A stretch of DNA of 64,000 bases from Bigelowiella natans CCMP2755. Its lineage: Eukaryota > Protista > Cercozoa. The position numbers and the translations under genes are program-made. How positions within the stretch are numbered: position 1 is the stretch's first letter; each line of letters starts with the position of its first letter. The stretch covers positions 8,426 to 72,425 of the forward strand of contig ADNK01000237.1 in the NCBI GenBank assembly GCA_000320545.1. Direction: 5' to 3'. Below are positions 61,551-64,000 of this stretch, in pieces. Below the pieces are notes generated by a model, which did not search any database, was not told the DNA's origin, and saw nothing but the letters and a program-made list of their open reading frames with translations.

Positions 61551-61921
61551 TGTAGGAGCTGACGGCAGAGCAGATAATGGAGAAACGGACGAAACGATGG
61601 CTCGACCAGCAGCTGAGCGAGATGTGGAGGAACTACCGCACCTTCGAAAAGCACCACATCGGCACTTGGCACGGGCAGTGGGAGACATACGACGACATCC
61701 TAGGTGGCGAGCGTATGGTAGGACCCTCGCACACCGCAAACCTGGTGTCAACGATGGCAGGGTAAGACAGACAGACAGACAGAGAGAGAGGGGGGAGGGG
61801 GGGGGGGGGGGGGGGGAGGGGGATATCGCGGTCGGTACTGGAAACACCAACACGCTGCATCAGTGTGGTGTCGCTGTCATCAACGATTTCCTAGGAACCT
61901 TAAAAAAGAAGAAGAATAGTA

Positions 61922-61952
<31 letters not shown>

Positions 61953-62222
61953 CAGTAGTGTAGTGACATCTTCCCATCCCTTTGTTTATGGTAGCATAAA
62001 CGCCTTTAATGTAGTGGTGTGGTAGGAAGAGGGGGGAGTAGGAAGAGGTCGCCTGCGGTAGATTATCATTGTGTTCTTGATAATTAAAACTATCAGCTAC
62101 GCGGAGGATGTCGAGGGCATTAAAGTCTGCAAGCACAAACAAACCGTAGAGGCGGTGGAGGGCGAGATCATGTACCCTTCGTCCTTGCTCGACAAGTACT
62201 ATAGAAGCAAATAAATAAGTAA

Positions 62223-62269
<47 letters not shown>

Positions 62270-62946
62270 CACACAGAACGACATAGTACTCCGATAATAA
62301 CTGACAACCACGAATCCCATCATCACCATCGTCATCATTATTATTATCATCAGAGGTCTGGGCTTTTGGCCAAACTCTCCCAAGACCTGGCTCGTGGCAA
62401 ATGTCTTCAGGTAGCCCCCCCCCTGAACACCAACCCACCCTGCTGATGCACAGGCGTGCATGTGCACGAAGTAACATTTCAATTCAGCAAACCGGTTGCT
62501 CTCGATGATACTAATCAGAAAACAATGAAAGATGTGTGTTACAAGAAGTATCGTCGGACTCCCAGCATCATCACGGCATCATCGCCATTCTCTTCTTCTT
62601 ATTATTATCATTATCATTATTATTCATCCAGCACGGGGAATCGTGTGCAGGAAGGCGATCAAGATATTATTACAATGGAGACGGGTGCTGCAGTAGCAAT
62701 GTTCAATCTATTAATGCCCTCATGAATGGTTATTTCCTAATGGATTAAGTCGTATACTTATTGATACCAGAATAAATAAAGATGAAGAGGATTTTGAAAT
62801 AATGCATGATGATGTTAAAGAGAGGTTTCCGTTCCCATCATTACTAGAAAATACCTGCATTTCGGACAATCTCCCAAGCCTCCATCATCATCATCAGCAT
62901 CATCATCATCCTTCTCTATCCATCGCTTTCTCTCTCTCCCTCCCTC

Positions 62947-62996
<50 letters not shown>

Positions 62997-63444
62997 TTCT
63001 CCAATCAGCGATACGGTGCGACAGTGTCCGCATGCGCGTGCTCGCAAACTACGAGAAGCTTGACCCGAAAGTAATGTTGATTTGAGAGAGAATGTGTCGG
63101 TGATGAGTCGAAGGAGTGGTATCTTCTGCTGCTGCTGCTGTTTCCATCCACTTCTTGTATAACAATACCAAAATTTGCCGCTGGCTTCCCTACTCCTCCC
63201 CCCTCTTACTTCTTTCTGATATCTTCCTCTTGTGACGATGACCTGTGGAGCATCCCCCTTCACCCCCCCCACCCCCCCCCAACACCTTTCTCAAAGCCGC
63301 CTGCTCCTCATCGTGCGTATTGCTTTTGTGTCTGGCGGTGATGTTGTCTCGGTTAGAACGCCGAGGATGAGACGTTCGTCCTGGGCTCTATATCTGTGGG
63401 TCGAGAGAAGCTTGAGGTTGTTTGGCCTGAGTACATCATGAGTT

Positions 63445-63476
<32 letters not shown>

Positions 63477-63925
63477 TAGTAGTAGTATATTAATTGCTGT
63501 AGCAGCAGCAGTTACGACTACGGCGGTATTGTTAGTAGAAAGAGGGGAGTGGGGTTCTGGCACCTTCTTCTTTTTCTTGGTTTTCATCATGCTTCTATAG
63601 TCCTTACACCGACAACACACGCGCTCGTTGCCACTTCACCAGGAGATGCCATCGGGCGAGGAGAACGCGCTCTTTGCCTCGAATTCCATACTGGAAGATA
63701 GCCCTGGCCTGGTACTAATTATGGGGGGTGATGATGCTGATGATCGTGAAGAAGAAGATGATGATGCTGATGCTAATGGCGATGGTGACGATGTCAGGGA
63801 TGATGATGATATAGTGAGAATAATAAGGGATTGGAACCACCAAACGAGAAAAACGATAAGCACGCCCACTCGATGATAATGATTATTAAAGTGTGGACAG
63901 CGGGGATTGTTCAAGATAGACAAAA

Positions 63926-63970
<45 letters not shown>

Positions 63971-64000
63971 AACGAAAGGATGCTGCCCCTCCCCCCCCCC
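59668..64000 (+). CDS. Probable plastid-targeted protein of unknown function (DUF3598-like beta-barrel motif), likely continuing past the window
   Basis: Short exons among microsatellite-rich introns: hydrophobic segment (LLLASSLVLFVGYF) plus Arg/Ser-rich presequence, a helical acidic region and WRNYRTFEKHHIGTWHGQWETY (GxWxGxW/F start typical of DUF3598/lipocalin-like folds). Later exons are uncertain. Confidence 0.55.

Noticed and set aside
1-64000. tRNA, rRNA, intact transposase, reverse transcriptase or viral genes
   Set aside because: None recognised by eye. Small ncRNAs cannot be excluded without covariance-model searches.

Overview
Intron-rich eukaryotic nuclear DNA with GT-AG introns and many microsatellites. 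It is most consistent with a chlorarachniophyte alga (Bigelowiella-like), inferred from the bipartite plastid presequences. About 20 protein genes or gene fragments can be reconstructed: PhyH-type dioxygenase, a 3-exon Duo1-like DASH subunit absent from the ORF track, a mitochondrial carrier, two SDRs, a G-alpha, a LYS2-like C-A-T-R enzyme, SNRNP27, a TauD-family dioxygenase, an Sfi1-repeat protein, USO1/p115, a plastid 2-Cys peroxiredoxin, mitochondrial uL1, a PPR-SMR protein, a plastid TrhO/rhodanese and a plastid protein of unknown function. The most striking signal is architectural. Gene orientation alternates strictly across the window (head-to-head pairs meeting tail-to-tail). Every tail-to-tail spacer carries a distinctive purine/pyrimidine-alternating, CTAG-rich tract. 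In the most extreme tracts TpA is almost eliminated except inside CTAG, and local repeats show TA/CA/TG interconversion. This suggests an undescribed TpA-directed DNA modification or hypermutation process marking convergent-termination or silenced DNA. Exon boundaries and family calls were made by eye, without database searches.
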